Assembly (NCBI GenBank): GCA_013265495.1
Contig: MU058725.1
Location: forward strand, 1-64,000
DNA length: 64,000 bases
Direction of reading: 5' to 3'
DNA from: Vicugna vicugna
Lineage: Eukaryota
The notes under the pieces: model-generated
Told to the model about the DNA's origin: nothing
The model's database searches: none
What the model saw: only the letters and a program-made list of their open reading frames with translations
Part shown: piece after piece, positions 63,107 through 64,000 of the stretch
Numbering within the stretch: the stretch's first letter is position 1
Layout of the letters: every line of letters starts with the position of its first letter
Program-made: the position numbers and the translations under genes

Positions 63107-63661
63107 GTAGGATGGCTGCCCCTGCCTAGCTCCACCCTTGCTGCCCCACACAAGGAGGAAGAACCCCTGCCCTCTCTGGGTGCCGCCCCAGACACTAGCT
63201 GAGATAGAGGTGGTGGGCTTACCAGGTCCTGGTAACAGAAATGAAGCTTCCTGAAGCCCCTCTTTGCTCAGTCCCTGAGTCTGCAGGCCCCCCATGCCCT
63301 TCTCAGCCAGTGAGAGCTAAATTCATCCTCATGCCTCTTCTTCCAGGAAGCCCTCCCAGACCTCAAATTCAGTCTGGGGCAGGGCCTCATTGATGCCACC
63401 CCTGTGTGTTAATTTGTCATGTCACCCACCCTAGTTCTTCAATGTTTGCACCTCCATGAGTCTGTGAGCCCCATGAGGCACTGTCTGGGAATTCAGCAAT
63501 GGCCAAGACATTGCCTGGTGCAAAATGGGTGATCAATAAATATGTGGAGTTCATTCATCTAACCAGCATTTATTGAGAACCTCTCCATGTGCGACTCCAT
63601 TCCAGGTTCTGTAAATAAAGCAATAGATTGAGGCAGTCAGATAATTAACAAAAAGTTAGTA

Positions 63662-63978
63662 CAGGCATAACCTCATCTATAATGTGCTTTGCTTTATTGA
63701 GTCTCACAGGTGTTATGTTTTTCCAAATTGAAGGTTTGTGGTAACCCTGCCTCCAGCCAGTCTGTTGGCACCATTTTTCCAGCAGCATTTGCTCACTTTG
63801 GGTCTCTGTCACATTTTGATAATTCTCACAATATTTATAACATTTTTGATATTATTATATGTTTTATGGTAATCTGTGACTATTGAAAAAAGATTATGTC
63901 TTGCTGAAGGCTCAGATGATGGTTAACATGTTTTTAGCAGTATAGCATTTGTTAATTGAGGTATGTACATTTAAAAAA
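63662..63978 (+). mobile_element. Second Tigger1-derived element (partial)
   Basis: ta|caggcataacctc..aaattgaaggtttgtggtaaccctgc..gaaggctcagatgatggtta. Confidence 0.85.
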
Positions 63979-64000
63979 ATTCATTCGTTCAATGACTATT

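Overview
Mammalian genomic DNA, most likely camelid (alpaca, llama or camel), judged from a Vic-1-like tRNA-derived SINE. Bases ~16.6-63.1 kb carry 31 recognisable + strand exons of hemicentin-2 (HMCN2, tandem I-set Ig domains), in correct order and mostly with GT-AG sites. The copy is heavily disabled: I count 9 in-frame stops, about 15 frameshifts, lost Ig cysteines, 3 broken splice sites, two truncated exons and about 3 missing exons. No VWA-domain 5' exons are visible upstream. It is either a lineage-specific unitary HMCN2 loss or a dead partial duplicate. The AT-richer first ~14 kb holds a complete 7.2 kb non-autonomous ERV with two LTRs, a 4-bp TSD, a tRNA-Arg PBS, tandem GAC(A)-loop hairpins and decayed gag/pro/IN/env vestiges, plus two solo LTRs and a MaLR. 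The rest is ordinary L1/L2/MIR/Tigger1/MER repeats. No intact protein-coding gene is supported. HMCN2 and repeat identifications rest on my recall of reference sequences, not on a search.
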